Shown here: positions 24,938 through 36,509 of the stretch, one piece after another
Layout of the letters: each line of letters opens with the position of its first letter
How positions within the stretch are numbered: position 1 is the stretch's first letter
DNA from: Narcine bancroftii
Lineage: Eukaryota
Assembly: GCF_036971445.1 (NCBI RefSeq)
Contig: NC_091482.1
Location: 10,850,001 to 10,914,000 of the forward strand
DNA length: 64,000 nucleotides
Reading direction: 5' to 3'
Translations under genes and position numbers: made by a program
The notes under the pieces: model-generated
Databases searched by the model: none
Told to the model about the DNA's origin: nothing
The model's input: the letters and a program-made list of their open reading frames with translations, nothing else

Positions 24938-25083
24938 ATATTCACTAGGAGGCTATTTCTTGTAGGTAGGTATAAATGGTTTCCATTTTAACTATATATG
25001 TTCTTTGACAATATCTCTCTAGTACCCAATATCAAAGATGTTTTTGAAAGAAAATAGGAGCAATGGTTATAACTGAAATGATT
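24938..25083 (+). repeat. ~145-bp direct repeat, copy 1 (interrupts a CR1 relic)
   Basis: ATATTCACTAGGAGG...GGAGCAATGGTTATAACTGAAATGATT recurs at 26480-26621. Confidence 0.85.
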
Positions 25084-26479
25084 TGTTTTCTTTCAATCTA
25101 TAGGAACCATGACAGAATCTTTTGAGTTTTCAGAAATGATAACTAAGACATCCACTATTTCCACAAGTATCTTGCATCAGGAAATACTTGGGTCAATTTT
25201 ATGGAGACAGTAACTGACTCAGAAATTATTAGTTTTAAAAGAATTTTCAATTGCACAATGGTGCAATTCTCTCTGCCTTTACTTCACTGTGAACCTTCCT
25301 AAATTTGGCAATTCTTTGTCCTGATGCTACATGTCTTGCACTGGATCATGTATAGAGTGGTCACTTTCAGTTACACAAAGAAGGCTCAACTGCATGAGAA
25401 AGTAGTATTGGATCAAGTCTCAGATGGTCACACTGTGGTCTTTTGCAAGTTCATTTGTTGCACCTTTATTTAGCTATCTGGAATATATTTTGAGGCTTGT
25501 ACTTTATGTTCTCGAAGCTGTCCTTGTATGCAGTGCTTTATTCTGTTCTCTTCCATCTCCCCTATTACTATGCACCAAGCCATGTTTCTTATTCATAACC
25601 AGGATAAAATGCATTAATAAATATTGAGAATGGCTTCAATGACTCGACCAATTGCCGATGCCTGCACGTGACCCTGAAAAATCTTCCAGCAATTGGAATA
25701 AAAAGCTCCATAAGCAGCTCAACCACAATAAACTCACAGAAAGCACTGCCTCTAATCATTGAAAAGAACAATTGATAGATGAGAGCAAAAGACAGTATTT
25801 GGGCACATTTGCTTATCTGTGTAAATCACTTGTTCCTCAAATTCAGCAATCCCTTGGGCCTTTGTTTCCATGCTCTTCCAATTAAACATGACCGTTTGCA
25901 AATACAGGGGATATTCAAGAAGCTCATTATAATTTCACCATACCTTGAACTCGATAGGTATCTTTGTCTCTGATAACTTGGCAGGTAATATTGGGATCAG
26001 AACAGTAATCTTGGATTTTTACATCTCTCGATGGAATTGAACTCTCTCCATATTGTACATTTACAATGTTAATGATTCTTAGGTCCAGTGAAAGGTCACA
26101 GCACAGTTAATTGTAGCATAAAACTCTCATTGCTCTGCCATATTAGCTTGCTGATCTCAGAACAGTGGCTCCTGCTGCACCTGTTCAACAAGCTTCCCTT
26201 TATTACACCAGCATCCACGCAGAGGCTTGACACAAGGCCAAATTTGGAGTGGTCAATGCTGGTATCTTTGCTAGAAACTGTTTTGAGATTTCTTGGGGCA
26301 CTTGTGTCAAGATCTGCTAGGTAACATTGCAGCTGCTATCCTAAGAGAGAGGGTCTTTGTTTCCACAGCTACACCATGTGATTTCAAAGCTTTTATATGA
26401 TGCATTGAATGGAACTAAGAAACAAGTTGTGTCAGGGGAAGTATAAATGGCATAGCATAATTAATATTGTTGCAGTATA

Positions 26480-26621
26480 ATATTCACTAGGAGGCCATTT
26501 TTTGTAGGTATCAATGGTTTCCATTTTAACTATATATATCCTTTGACAATATCTCTCAAGTTCCTAATATCAAAGATGTTTTTGAAGGAAAATAGGAGCA
26601 ATGGTTATAACTGAAATGATT
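26480..26621 (+). repeat. ~145-bp direct repeat, copy 2
   Basis: Roughly 90% identical by eye to 24938-25083. Confidence 0.85.
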
Positions 26622-26949
26622 GGATCCGGAAGGATCCAAATGATATTGTGCTCAACTATCTTTCAATTATTGTTACAACAGTGAAGAAGGCCAAAGATGG
26701 AGATGTTCAAATGGGACTGCCGTGGAGAATTAAAATAACAAATGATAGTAAATGAATGCTCATCCTTCTGGCACAAATGTTGGTGATCTGCAATGAGCTT
26801 ACCCAATGTACTCAGAGTCCCTAATGTAGAGAGCTCATTGTGAGCAAAGTTTACAGATAATAAGTTGGGAAAGTACAAATTAATACTTTATTCATTGATG
26901 ATGGTAAAAAGCAAATGACAAAATATCTCTACTTACAGGGGAAACATTC

Positions 26950-27460
26950 TATGGGAAAGGGAGGGGGCATCAGAGATGATAACTGGGTCAACTTGCGGGT
27001 TGCAAAAGGAACGGTACCTTCAAAATGCTGAAATGCAAAGGGGGAAATGTGTTTGGTGACAGTTTGGAGTTGGCAGAAGAGGTGGAGGATGATCTGTTGT
27101 TCTCAAGGATAGCTCGCAAAATAAAGTTTTAAACAATATCTAAACACATACAGTTTGGAGTTGATGGATGGAAAGTTCAGCGAAGGAAAGAAAATAGAAA
27201 ATGGACTGGACAAGAATCTTCAAGAATGTGGGAGGTCACGATGGCTTCCAGTGTTCTGAACACGTGCAGATAGTATCTCCAACTGCAGCAGCTAGAGCTC
27301 ATCAGAGCTGCAATTGTGGTTGGGGTCACTGCAAGGCTGAGAACTTTGTGTATAGCACATTTAGAGGTAAAAAAAAACTACCAAAGGTCATGATGCAGAG
27401 TCTCAACCTGAAATGTTGCCCATCCCTTTGCTTGACAGGCTGAGTTCCTCCAGCAGTTTG
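26950..27460 (-). mobile_element. Penelope-like relic
   Basis: GGAACGGTACCTTCAAAATGCTGA...TTGGAGTTGGCAGAAG..GGAGGATGATCTGTTG resembles antisense Penelope ORF sequence, followed by an LTR-like CCTGAAATGTTG...CTGAGTTCCTCCAGCA. Confidence 0.4.
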
Positions 27461-27477
27461 ATTCTTTTAGACCACAA

Positions 27478-27680
27478 GGGCGGCACTGTTACAGTGCCAG
27501 TGACCCAGGTTCAAATCCGGCACTATCTGTAAGGAGTTTGTACGTTCTCCCCGTGTCTGTGTGGGTTTCTTCCAGGTGCTCCTCTCACTGTTCAAAACGT
27601 ATTGGGGTTGAAGGTTGATTGGGTGTATTTGGGCGGCATGGGCCGAAAGGGCCTGTTACTGTGTTGTATTTCTAAATTAA
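27478..27680 (+). mobile_element. V-SINE (HE1-like) with CR1-type 3' tail
   Basis: B-box-like GGTTCAAATCC, V-domain GTACGTTCTCCCCGTGTCTGTGTGGGTTTC, and tail ATGGGCCGAAAGGGCCTGTTACTGTGTTGTA. Confidence 0.75.
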
Positions 27681-28715
27681 TTTTTTTTTTTTTTTTTTAA
27701 TTAAAAAAAAAAATCAGTCTCTTGTACATTTAGGGTTGCAGCTTAACACATGCAGGCAGAGAGCCTTGCTAGACAGACGAGGAGGAATGGGCAGATCATA
27801 CAGTAATGCTCTTGAGTTAACCCCACTCTCCAATAACTTCTCCCTTTGGGTAATGATGTGGGTGAAGGATCCTCATGGAAGAGTAAGAATCATGGTACTG
27901 TGGGTAACTCAGCTGTACACAAGGGGAAGGGAAAGATTAAGGGAGCAATAGTAATTGGAGATTCCAGCATGATATACTACCTCCTTAATGCCGCCCTGGT
28001 TAAGGAGCGTCACTTAGGCTGTAGTAAAAACTCAATGCTGGATAAACTCAGCAGGTCAAACATTGTCCTTTGGCTGAAACAGTCTGCAGAACATCCAGAG
28101 GTGTACCCATATTGGTACTAAGGACATAGCTAGAAAAATAAATGACATCATGCAGGCAGAGTTTAGGACCTCAATTGTACTCTTAGTGCCAGTAAGTACA
28201 GTAAAAGAAAGTGAATGAATGTTGGGCTCCAGAGATGGTGTGGAAGGTCTTATTTAAAGATTTAAAAATCAAAGGAACATGAAGTTTTTAGAAATAGCTG
28301 TCAGCCTACTGATTTGGACCATTTTAGAATTTAACAAAAGACTAGGAAGTAAACACAGCCAGCTAAGCGGCATTTTTGGAAAGAGAAACCAGTCAGTTTC
28401 AGTTAAAAGATGCTTCATCAGACGAAGAAATTGGTATCAAAACACAAGAAAGGTGAGTTTTTATAGGTACATAAAAAGAAACAATCAGTTGACGCAAATG
28501 TGGATGGGAGAATTTAAAAAAGTGAAAATAAATAAAAGGTAGAGGTATTAATTTGTTCTGCTTTAACAATGGAAGACACACGGGGGAGTCACGTGATGGA
28601 GTAGTGGCCGGACGGTGAACTCCAGCCCTCTCCAGAAAAGTCGGGAAAAACAAGAGAAAACACAAAGACACAGAAATAAAAGTTACAGAAAAGTGAGTAT
28701 AAAGGTGGAAAGAAG

Positions 28716-29936
28716 ATGGCGACAAAAAAAGAAAAGTCGAAAGCAACGGTAAGAAGAGAGGAAAAGACAAAGGAGGAAAAAGGTGAAGGCCTTACCTGTC
28801 CGAAGAGGCCCGCTGCGGAGAGAGAAACCCGCTCCCTCAGGTCGGTAAATAATGGACTACAAAAATGGCTCGCAGAGCCGAGCAAAAGTGAGCAACCGCG
28901 CATGCGCGAAGTTTCGCGCATGCGCGATGCGAATGAAAAAAAACACACCGACGGGAGGGGGGACCAGCTGGGGAGTCGATCTCCACAGCCGGCAACGACA
29001 GCTGCAGAACACCTGCAGCAAGAAGAGACCACAGAAGACAATAGAAACAAGAAAGAAGAGGAGGAAAGGGCAACAAAGAAACAACAGATGGTCAACCCAG
29101 AGGAAGAAGAAGAGGAAGAGTATGGTGAAATAGAAGAAGAAAAGATAGGCAAGGTAAAGGATATACTTGCTCTTATTAAAGGATACATGGAGTCATTTAA
29201 AGAATGGCAAACACAGGAATTTAAGGATTTAAGAAAAAGAATAAACAACACAGAAGAGAAAATAATTAAAATGGAGATGACCTTAACAGAAATGGGAAAA
29301 AAAATGGACAAGATGGAAGAGCGGGCAGTAGCAGCAGAAATGGAGGTAGAAGACTTAAAAAAGAAATTGGAGAAATCTAATAAAAAAACTAAAGAGACAC
29401 AAGAACTACTAGCTCAAAAAATAGATACAATGGAAAACCATAACAGAAGAAATAACATAAAGATAGTGGGCCTTAAGGAAGATGAAGAAGGCAAGAATAT
29501 GAGGGAGTTTATAAAAGAGTGGATCCCTAAGACCCTAGGATGTCCAGAACTACAGCATGAAATGGAAATAGAAAGGGCACATAGAGTATTGGCCTCTAAA
29601 CCACAACCACAACAAAAACCAAGATCTATTGTAGTAAAATTCCTAAGATATACTACAAGAGAAAAGGTACTGGAGAAGACAATGGAAAAAGTAAGAGAGG
29701 GCAACAAACCACTGGAGTATAAAGGGCAAAAAATCTTCATTTATCCAGATATAAGTTTTGAACTCCTAAAGAAGAGAAAAGAGTTCAATACAGCAAAGGC
29801 GATTTTATGGAAGAAAGGGTATAAATTTATACTAAAGCATCCAGCGGTATTGAAAATATTTATTCCAGGACAACAAAACAGACTATTCTCGGATCCAGAA
29901 GAAGCACGAAAATTTGCAGAACAATTACAAAAATAG
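28716..29936 (+). CDS. L1 ORF1 protein (coiled coil, RRM, CTD; Transposase_22/L1TD1-like), 406 aa
   Basis: Open frame with a heptad-rich region and the motifs ENHNRRNNIKIVGLKE, IERAHR, PRSIVVKFLRY and IFIYPDIS. Confidence 0.9.
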   Translation: MATKKEKSKATVRREEKTKEEKGEGLTCPKRPAAERETRSLRSVNNGLQKWLAEPSKSEQPRMREVSRMRDANEKKHTDGRGDQLGSRSPQPATTAAEHLQQEETTEDNRNKKEEEERATKKQQMVNPEEEEEEEYGEIEEEKIGKVKDILALIKGYMESFKEWQTQEFKDLRKRINNTEEKIIKMEMTLTEMGKKMDKMEERAVAAEMEVEDLKKKLEKSNKKTKETQELLAQKIDTMENHNRRNNIKIVGLKEDEEGKNMREFIKEWIPKTLGCPELQHEMEIERAHRVLASKPQPQQKPRSIVVKFLRYTTREKVLEKTMEKVREGNKPLEYKGQKIFIYPDISFELLKKRKEFNTAKAILWKKGYKFILKHPAVLKIFIPGQQNRLFSDPEEARKFAEQLQK

Positions 29937-30074
29937 ACTGAGGGAGGAAGACGGGTAATGAGAGTTAAAATGATCACGACTGATATGTATGTGGGTAAAG
30001 ACAAAAATAGACTGAGGGATGAAGACGGGTAATGAGAGTAAAAATGATCACGATTGATATGTATGCAGGTAAAG
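29927..30074 (+). repeat. 74-bp tandem duplication spanning the ORF1 stop
   Basis: ACAAAAATAGACTGAGGGA...GGTAAAG at 29927-30000 and 30001-30074, with a few mismatches. Confidence 0.9.
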
Positions 30075-30535
30075 AGGTATAAGAGTGAATAGAGACAATG
30101 TGCATACGTGAATGTATCTGTACTTAGAGGAAAATATAGATAGTATAGACAAGAATTAATAAGGGAAGGTAATGGAATAGAGAGAATAAGGAGGGAATTA
30201 AAAGAGGGACCTTTGTGACATATGAAAAGTGAAATCTTTTCTGGGGGAGGCGGGGTGGGGGGAAATAGCGGTCACTGCAAAATCAGTTGACGCTTGCGAG
30301 TGGATTTGCAAATCCAAATGGAGAGGGGAGATGTGGTTGTCCGACAAGGGATCAAGGACAACTCAGGAGGTGAAGGGGAGATTGGGGATAAATAAGATAG
30401 AAATAGGAGAATAAGGAAAATGTTAGATGTTGTAGGAATGTTGTCTTATAAAGAGTTGAAAATAAGAAAACAGAAATGGAAAAGGAGGAAAGGTAATGAT
30501 GGAAAAACGGAAAGAGAAGATAAACAAAATATAAA

Positions 30536-30743
30536 AGGGCTACGCTGAACTATATGTCTTTAAATATTAATGGAATACATAACCAAATTAAAAGGAAGAA
30601 ACTACCAAATTTAAATGAATAAATGTATTCCATTAGAAAAAATAACATATTGGTTAAGAAATAATATTGAAATATTCGAACAAGTATAGGAGCCTTACAT
30701 TAAATACAATAGCGAAAACCTACCGGGGACAAACATTACCTAA
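30536..30743 (+). pseudogene. Collapsed L1 ORF2 remnant (endonuclease N-terminus joined to extreme C-terminus)
   Basis: (AGG)ATLNYMSLNINGIHNQIKRKKLPNL, then out of frame MNKCIPLEKITYWLRNNIEIFEQV*EPYIKY. Junction at ~30612. Confidence 0.8.
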
Positions 30744-31109
30744 GTTGATGGAAGGAGAAGGAAAGAAAAGAATGGACTCAGTAGAATTTCTGGTGTAATT
30801 TTGTTGAATGACAACATTGTCTGACTGGCTTAATGCAACCTAGATTATATACCTAAAATGGATGAGAGGGGGGGGTGGGGGGGTGGTTTGGGAGGAAAGG
30901 GGGGGGGGGAGAAAAAGTCACTGTATAAGTGTGAAAAAGAAATAGTGTACATCATGGCTAATGTGATTTATGGTGTGAAAAATAAAAAAAATTAAAAAAA
31001 AAACAATGGAAGACACACAAAATCCGCTCGTAGAGAATCAAACATCAAGCAAAAATGAAGAACAAGAGAACTTGTTGAAACTCGAAAGGTGTTAAATCTC
31101 AGGGGCACG

Positions 31110-31490
31110 ATGATCTTCAAATCTGTCACCATTGTACCTGTGCTGAAGTCGTCTGTGTCCTGCCTCAATAACTACCACCCTGTCGCACTCACGTCTACCA
31201 CCATGAAGTACTTCGAGAGGCTCGTCATGGGGAACATCAAGCTCCTGCTGCCCCCATCACTGGACCCCCCTGGAATTCACATATAGATTTAGCCGCTCTA
31301 CGGACAATCCCATCACCACCACCCTCCATCTAGCCCTCACCCAATGGATACTTGTTGGAATGCTGTGTATTGACTTTAGTTCGGCATTCAACACGATCAT
31401 ACCTCAGTACCTGATAGGGAAGTTGAGCCTGCTGGGTCTAAACTCCTCCCTCTTCAATTGAATTCTTGACTTCCTGTCTGGGAAAATCCT
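31110..31490 (+). mobile_element. Rex1/Babar-like RT fragment
   Basis: [32 protein letters not shown]...[20 protein letters not shown]. Confidence 0.7.
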
Positions 31491-32019
31491 TCAATGGCTG
31501 AGGACTAGCACCAGTTGATGAATTGAGTGGGGTCATCTCTCTTGTTCTGTGTACTTTGTATACTGATAGCCAGAGAACAACCAGCAATGCTCATCCTGAC
31601 TGACATCCCTGGGTTTGAGGCTATGATCGGCATACCCAACACTGGATCCTGAAACAAGAAATCTGAAGTTGCTCTCATTCATGCAACAGAGCAATCCCAT
31701 CAATACCCTTCCGCTCCTTGTTTCCCTGGAATTCTGCATATTATTCTGTTCCACATGCCCCACCCCCAACTCCTCTTTGACTTTTTGCCACTTTCCTGCA
31801 AAAGAATTATTTGCCACATTTTTGGTACCTACGTCCATATCTTTGAGGATGTGAAACCATCAGAAACGAAAAAATTGTGCAAACTCCTCAAGGCAGTGCC
31901 TGAGATCAGCATCAATTCCCAAAGATTGGAGCACTAACTGCTAAGCTACCGTGCTACTGTGTGATCGACCTTGCTGGCATCCAAACTCCTGGTCCCTAGG
32001 AAGCTCCTTTTGACCAGGG

Positions 32020-32485
32020 ATGAAAGGGTTAGCACATGAGGAAAGATTGAGTTGCTGGAATTTAGAAGAATGAGAGAGGATCTTATAGAAATGTTTTTAA
32101 ACTTATGAAAGGCATAGATAAGATGGAGGTGGGCAAGTTGTTTCCATTGTTGGGGGACAACTAGAACTAAGGAATATAGCTTCAAGATTCAGGGTAGTAG
32201 ATTTAGGTTGGAGAGGAAGAGGTACTGCTTTTCCCAGGTGGTGAATCTGTGGAATTCGCCTGCCCATTGGCGACCTCAGTAAATAGATTTAAGACAAGAT
32301 TTTTACATAGTAGGGAATTAAAGGATATGGGGGGAGGGGGGGTGAAGGCAGGTAGGTGGAGATGAGCCTATTTATCAGATCAGAATGGCTGGAGGAAGTC
32401 TGATGGGCTGGGAGGTCTGAGCCTATTTATCAGATCAGAATGGCTGGAGGAGGTCTGACGGGCTGGGTGGTCTGCTCCTATTTCC
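32020..32485 (+). mobile_element. CR1 LINE 3' fragment with a 55-bp tandem duplication (32363-32472)
   Basis: GGAATTTAGAAGAATGAGAGAGGATCTTATAGAAA...GGTGGTGAATCTGTGGAATTC, typical of the CR1 3' end. Confidence 0.7.
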
Positions 32486-32578
32486 AACCCTCTTCTCCAT
32501 CCTGCCTGGTGCAGCACCCACAAGGACCCCTGCAACTTTTGCCATGGGCCTGAAACTTGCCATGGGTCTCTCCTCCTC

Positions 32579-32786
32579 NNNNNNNNNNNNNNNNNNNNNN
32601 NNNNNNNNNNNNNNNNNNNNNNNNNNNNNNNNNNNNNNNNNNNNNNNNNNNNNNNNNNNNNNNNNNNNNNNNNNNNNNNNNNNNNNNNNNNNNNNNNNNN
32701 NNNNNNNNNNNNNNNNNNNNNNNNNNNNNNNNNNNNNNNNNNNNNNNNNNNNNNNNNNNNNNNNNNNNNNNNNNNNNNNNNNNNNN
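32579..32786. other. Assembly gap (208 N)
   Basis: Run of N. Confidence 1.
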
Positions 32787-32799
32787 CTTGAATGTCAAT

Positions 32800-33460
32800 G
32801 TGAAGGAGAGAGCTGGAGCTTGAAGGCCCGGCTTGTCCCCAAACACGTGCCCGCAACAGGCATTAGCCACGTGGTCACACAGCCCTGCCCGCCGAAGGCC
32901 TCGGCGCGACTTTGGCGAAGAGTGCGCTCACGCACCCTCAGCGCCGACCGTGTTCCCGCAACCGATTCCCCACGGCACCGGGCATCCCGACCCCGCATAG
33001 ATAACCGCGCGGCTCCCTCCCTCCCGGGGCGAGCTGCCTATTGCAACCCCCTCCTTCCTCTCCGCCGGAGGAGCCAGCGGCCCCAACCGCGCTGCATTGT
33101 GGGATGAAATAAAATGTGGGGATACACGGGCACGGGGAAAATGCGCGCACCGGGAGGACGGGCCGCTCTCAGCCAATGGCGGCAGGCGGGCGGCTCAGCC
33201 ATTGCGGAGGGCCGGGGTGGTATTTCAAGGAGGCGCGGAAGGGGCGGGGCGTCACTGAACAGCAGCTCGCACCGGGGCGAGAGCGGCGAGGGGGGGGGGG
33301 CGGGTGGGGAAATTAAATATATATTAAATTAAAGGGCATTACTTCACTGGAGGGATTGGCAGCTCCGCACCGGGAAGGTGAGATCATCTCCCGCAAGGCG
33401 CGCGGGGGATGGGGGGGGGGGGGGTTAGATTTCTCGTCCTTGCCCCTGTCCGCAGGTGAA
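32800..33460 (+). promoter_or_regulatory. DYNLL2: DYNLL2 CpG-island promoter with a candidate non-coding first exon (~33340-33377)
   Basis: AGCCAATGG CCAAT box (33171), GGGGCGGGGC GC box (33241-33250), AT-rich TATA-like element (33312-33333) and donor AAG|GTGAGA at 33378. Confidence 0.55.
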
Positions 33461-33652
33461 TCCTCGTTAACTCACCGCGAATGACCTAAGCTCCCTCTTA
33501 AAGGGACTGCGTGCTTGCTGCAAGGGGGGGGGTGTTCGGGCCTGGCCGTGGGGGGGGGGGAAGAAATTGCATCACCCCTTTCTACCAAGGCGCCTTGCAA
33601 AGCGTTAACTCCGTTTATTGCGTGAGGCTGCAACGAGTACTCTGGAGGTAGG

Positions 33653-33831
33653 NNNNNNNNNNNNNNNNNNNNNNNNNNNNNNNNNNNNNNNNNNNNNNNN
33701 NNNNNNNNNNNNNNNNNNNNNNNNNNNNNNNNNNNNNNNNNNNNNNNNNNNNNNNNNNNNNNNNNNNNNNNNNNNNNNNNNNNNNNNNNNNNNNNNNNNN
33801 NNNNNNNNNNNNNNNNNNNNNNNNNNNNNNN
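33653..33831. other. Assembly gap (179 N)
   Basis: Run of N. Confidence 1.
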
Positions 33832-34848
33832 AGGGAAGGGGAGGAGGGAGAGTGAGAGGAAGGGGTGAGGGTGGAGGGGTGGGGGAGAGGGACGGGTTTT
33901 CCTCTGCTGAATTCGATTCATTAGGTGCAAATCTTCAGGGATAAAAAAGAACGTGACGGCTGAAGTTCCAAGTGCCGAGATTTTGGGGAGGATGAAACTA
34001 GATGGGGGGGGGGGGCTCTGGTCCTCTGCAGAAATCGAGGGCTCCACCTTCAAAATCCAGCAGCCCAATCTCCAGGGAGTTGTGTCACCGCTTTGATTGA
34101 GTAGGCACCTTTTGCGAGCTCTCCGTGACCCTGCTCGTATTCAATGCAGCGAATGGCGGGGGGGAGGGGAAGAAGAGGAAGGGATTTCCTCGCCCCGCTC
34201 CTTTTTTTGGGGGGGGGCGATGCAATTTATACGCAGGTCGCGCCCGCCTTAGGATACAGCGGCCAGAGCCCCCCCCCCCCCCCACCGTGCACGTTGGCGT
34301 GGGTTAAACTCGAGGGGGGGTAGGCGTGACGGAGGGTCCGAATGGCCCCGTCGCCCGGCCTTGCGAATGCGTGGCTGACGGGGTCTGGGGGGGGGGGGGG
34401 GGGGCGTGCACTGATTTGATTGCAGGTTCTGTCTGAGCCGAGCCGCAGGAAGTTTGCGAAACGGCCGCCGCGATTGGACATTTGTCTGTTCCATTGAGGC
34501 TTGAATGTAAAGTTCGGCGATCGTCACGAAAATCCGTTATTATTATTTTTCCCGGCAGCATCTCGACCCCAATAAATAGGGCAAAAGGGAGGTAGGAATC
34601 TGATGGCAGAGGGGCAGAAGCTGTCTTGGGGCTCGGGGGAGGGGGGGGCGAGAGGGGAGAGATCCTTGAGGATAGAGGCTGCTTTTTAAAGAAAGACACC
34701 CCACCCCCCCCCACCTCTGGTGCCTGTGATATGGCAGGCCGAGTTTCTCCCCCCCCCCCCCATCCCCTTGCCATCAGTGGATTATCTTTCACCCTGAAAA
34801 ATGGAAGCAGGCTGTTTAATGACTGTCTTTCTGAACATTGTAGGCACG

Positions 34849-34980
34849 ATGTCGGATAGGAAAGCAGTAATAAAAAATGCTGACATGTCTGAGGATATGC
34901 AGCAGGATGCAGTGGATTGTGCAACCCAGGCGATGGAGAAATACAATATTGAGAAGGACATTGCCGCCTTTATCAAAAAG
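34849..34980 (+). CDS. DYNLL2: Dynein light chain LC8-type 2, first coding exon
   Basis: TTGTAG|GCACG ATG, encoding [44 protein letters not shown]|GT. S2, D16, A21, D23 and M29 are DYNLL2-type residues. Confidence 0.95.
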
Positions 34981-35836
34981 GTAGATTCTTTTGCATGGGG
35001 CTTCAACAGTGCATGTGCGGGGGAAATCTGCAAGGCCACCACTGTCCAGCGAGGATGTCAAATCAATCTCTCCGTGACAACGAATGTGTGGTGCACCTTG
35101 GTTGGATTTCATTCAACGGTTGAGACGTTCCTTGTAATAACATTGGTGTGGCTCAAGCTTGCACCAGGGTAGAGTAATGCAACTGAGCTTTTTGAGATGC
35201 AAATACTGCAACTATTGCAGCCTTTGCCATTATTGCATAGTCCCAAAAATAGTTTTAAAGTCCAAGATGAGTTTTGGCTTGAGTGCAGATGATTCAGATG
35301 TGGAATGTTGCCAGCAGGGTGATGCCATTGAAAACGGTGGTTGTGCGCTCTCTAGGAACATAGGCATTTGATTACAATTACATCTACAGTATACCTTGGC
35401 ATCAATGTGATGTATGATGGAGAAATGAGTCCAGTATTTTAAATGGTCAGTGTCCTAGCATTTCATACCTCTAGATGGCTAGAGAGAAGGGTGGGGAAAA
35501 ATGTTTTTGGTCAAGAAGAGTTCTGTGATCTTCACTGGGCCCACCATCAGTACCTGGAGCTATTCTGTAGCCTGTGGTCTACCCAGTCCAACCATCGACA
35601 CATCTGGCTCACTGAAAGCCCACAGTAAACTTGTTAAGTTAACACAATACATCAACATGGGTGTTGGGGTATCTAATGAGGATGATCTGGTTATGCCTTA
35701 TCTCTTATACCTGTATTTCACTGTTCTGCCCCTAACTCAAGCACAGATAGTGAACAAATGTAGCTTGTTCTGAGTTTAGCTGTGTGGGTAACCTGTGTGC
35801 AATAGGGTGTGTGATTATCCTGTGTGTGATGGTTAA

Positions 35837-35998
<162 letters not shown>

Positions 35999-36509
35999 AA
36001 ATGAGAAAGAGGGGTAAAAATGAACTTGTGCACTGACGGCTGGAGCCACAGTCCCTTTAATGGCTAAACGGCTGCATGGACTTTATCTTCTGTGTATATG
36101 TAGCAGTAAACTTGCTTTAATGCCCAAAAGGCTTTTTCTTTCCTTTCACTGCACTGAAATGGTTAACAGTGGCCTTTATATATTTAAAAAAAACCTGGAA
36201 TGGTTCTACCTGAAGACCTGGATTATTAAACTTCTTTAGAGAAGCATTTTTTGTTCCATTCAGAAATGTGTTTAATTTTCTTTTCCTACTGTCCCCCCCC
36301 CAAAAAAAAAACTACCCAACCCTGCATTAAATTCTTTATACATGGAAAAGTGAAGATGTTGGGTGTTAGTTAATTATTGCCTTTTTTTTTAAAGCTGATC
36401 TAATAGCAGGAGATTGTTATTGAAGTGAATAATACTGGTAACTTTTTTCATAAGAAAAAGTTAGATTTGATACACCACTGTTCTGTGGCTAAGTGAGGAC
36501 TTTAATTTT

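Larger units (their letters stand above)
28582..31001 (+). mobile_element. Full-length ORF1-only L1/Tx1-clade element (HAL1-like)
   Basis: Perfect 17-bp TSD AACAATGGAAGACACAC (28565-28581 and 31002-31018), TTT/AA target, GGGGG start, AATAAA (30981) and poly(A). ORF1 is intact and ORF2 is reduced to its two ends. Confidence 0.92.

Noticed and set aside
27676-27713. T-run/TTAATTAA/A-run palindrome
   Set aside because: Low-complexity SINE tail.
28589-29311. 240-aa antisense ORF over L1 ORF1
   Set aside because: It is a Ser/Phe/Leu-rich mirror of a purine-rich coding strand with no domain features.
32380-34068. ORFs spanning N runs
   Set aside because: Artefacts of translating through assembly gaps.
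34801-34848. N-terminally extended DYNLL2 ORF (MEAGCL...)
   Set aside because: The upstream ATG is in the intron before the acceptor at 34843, and the ORF also runs past the donor at 34981.
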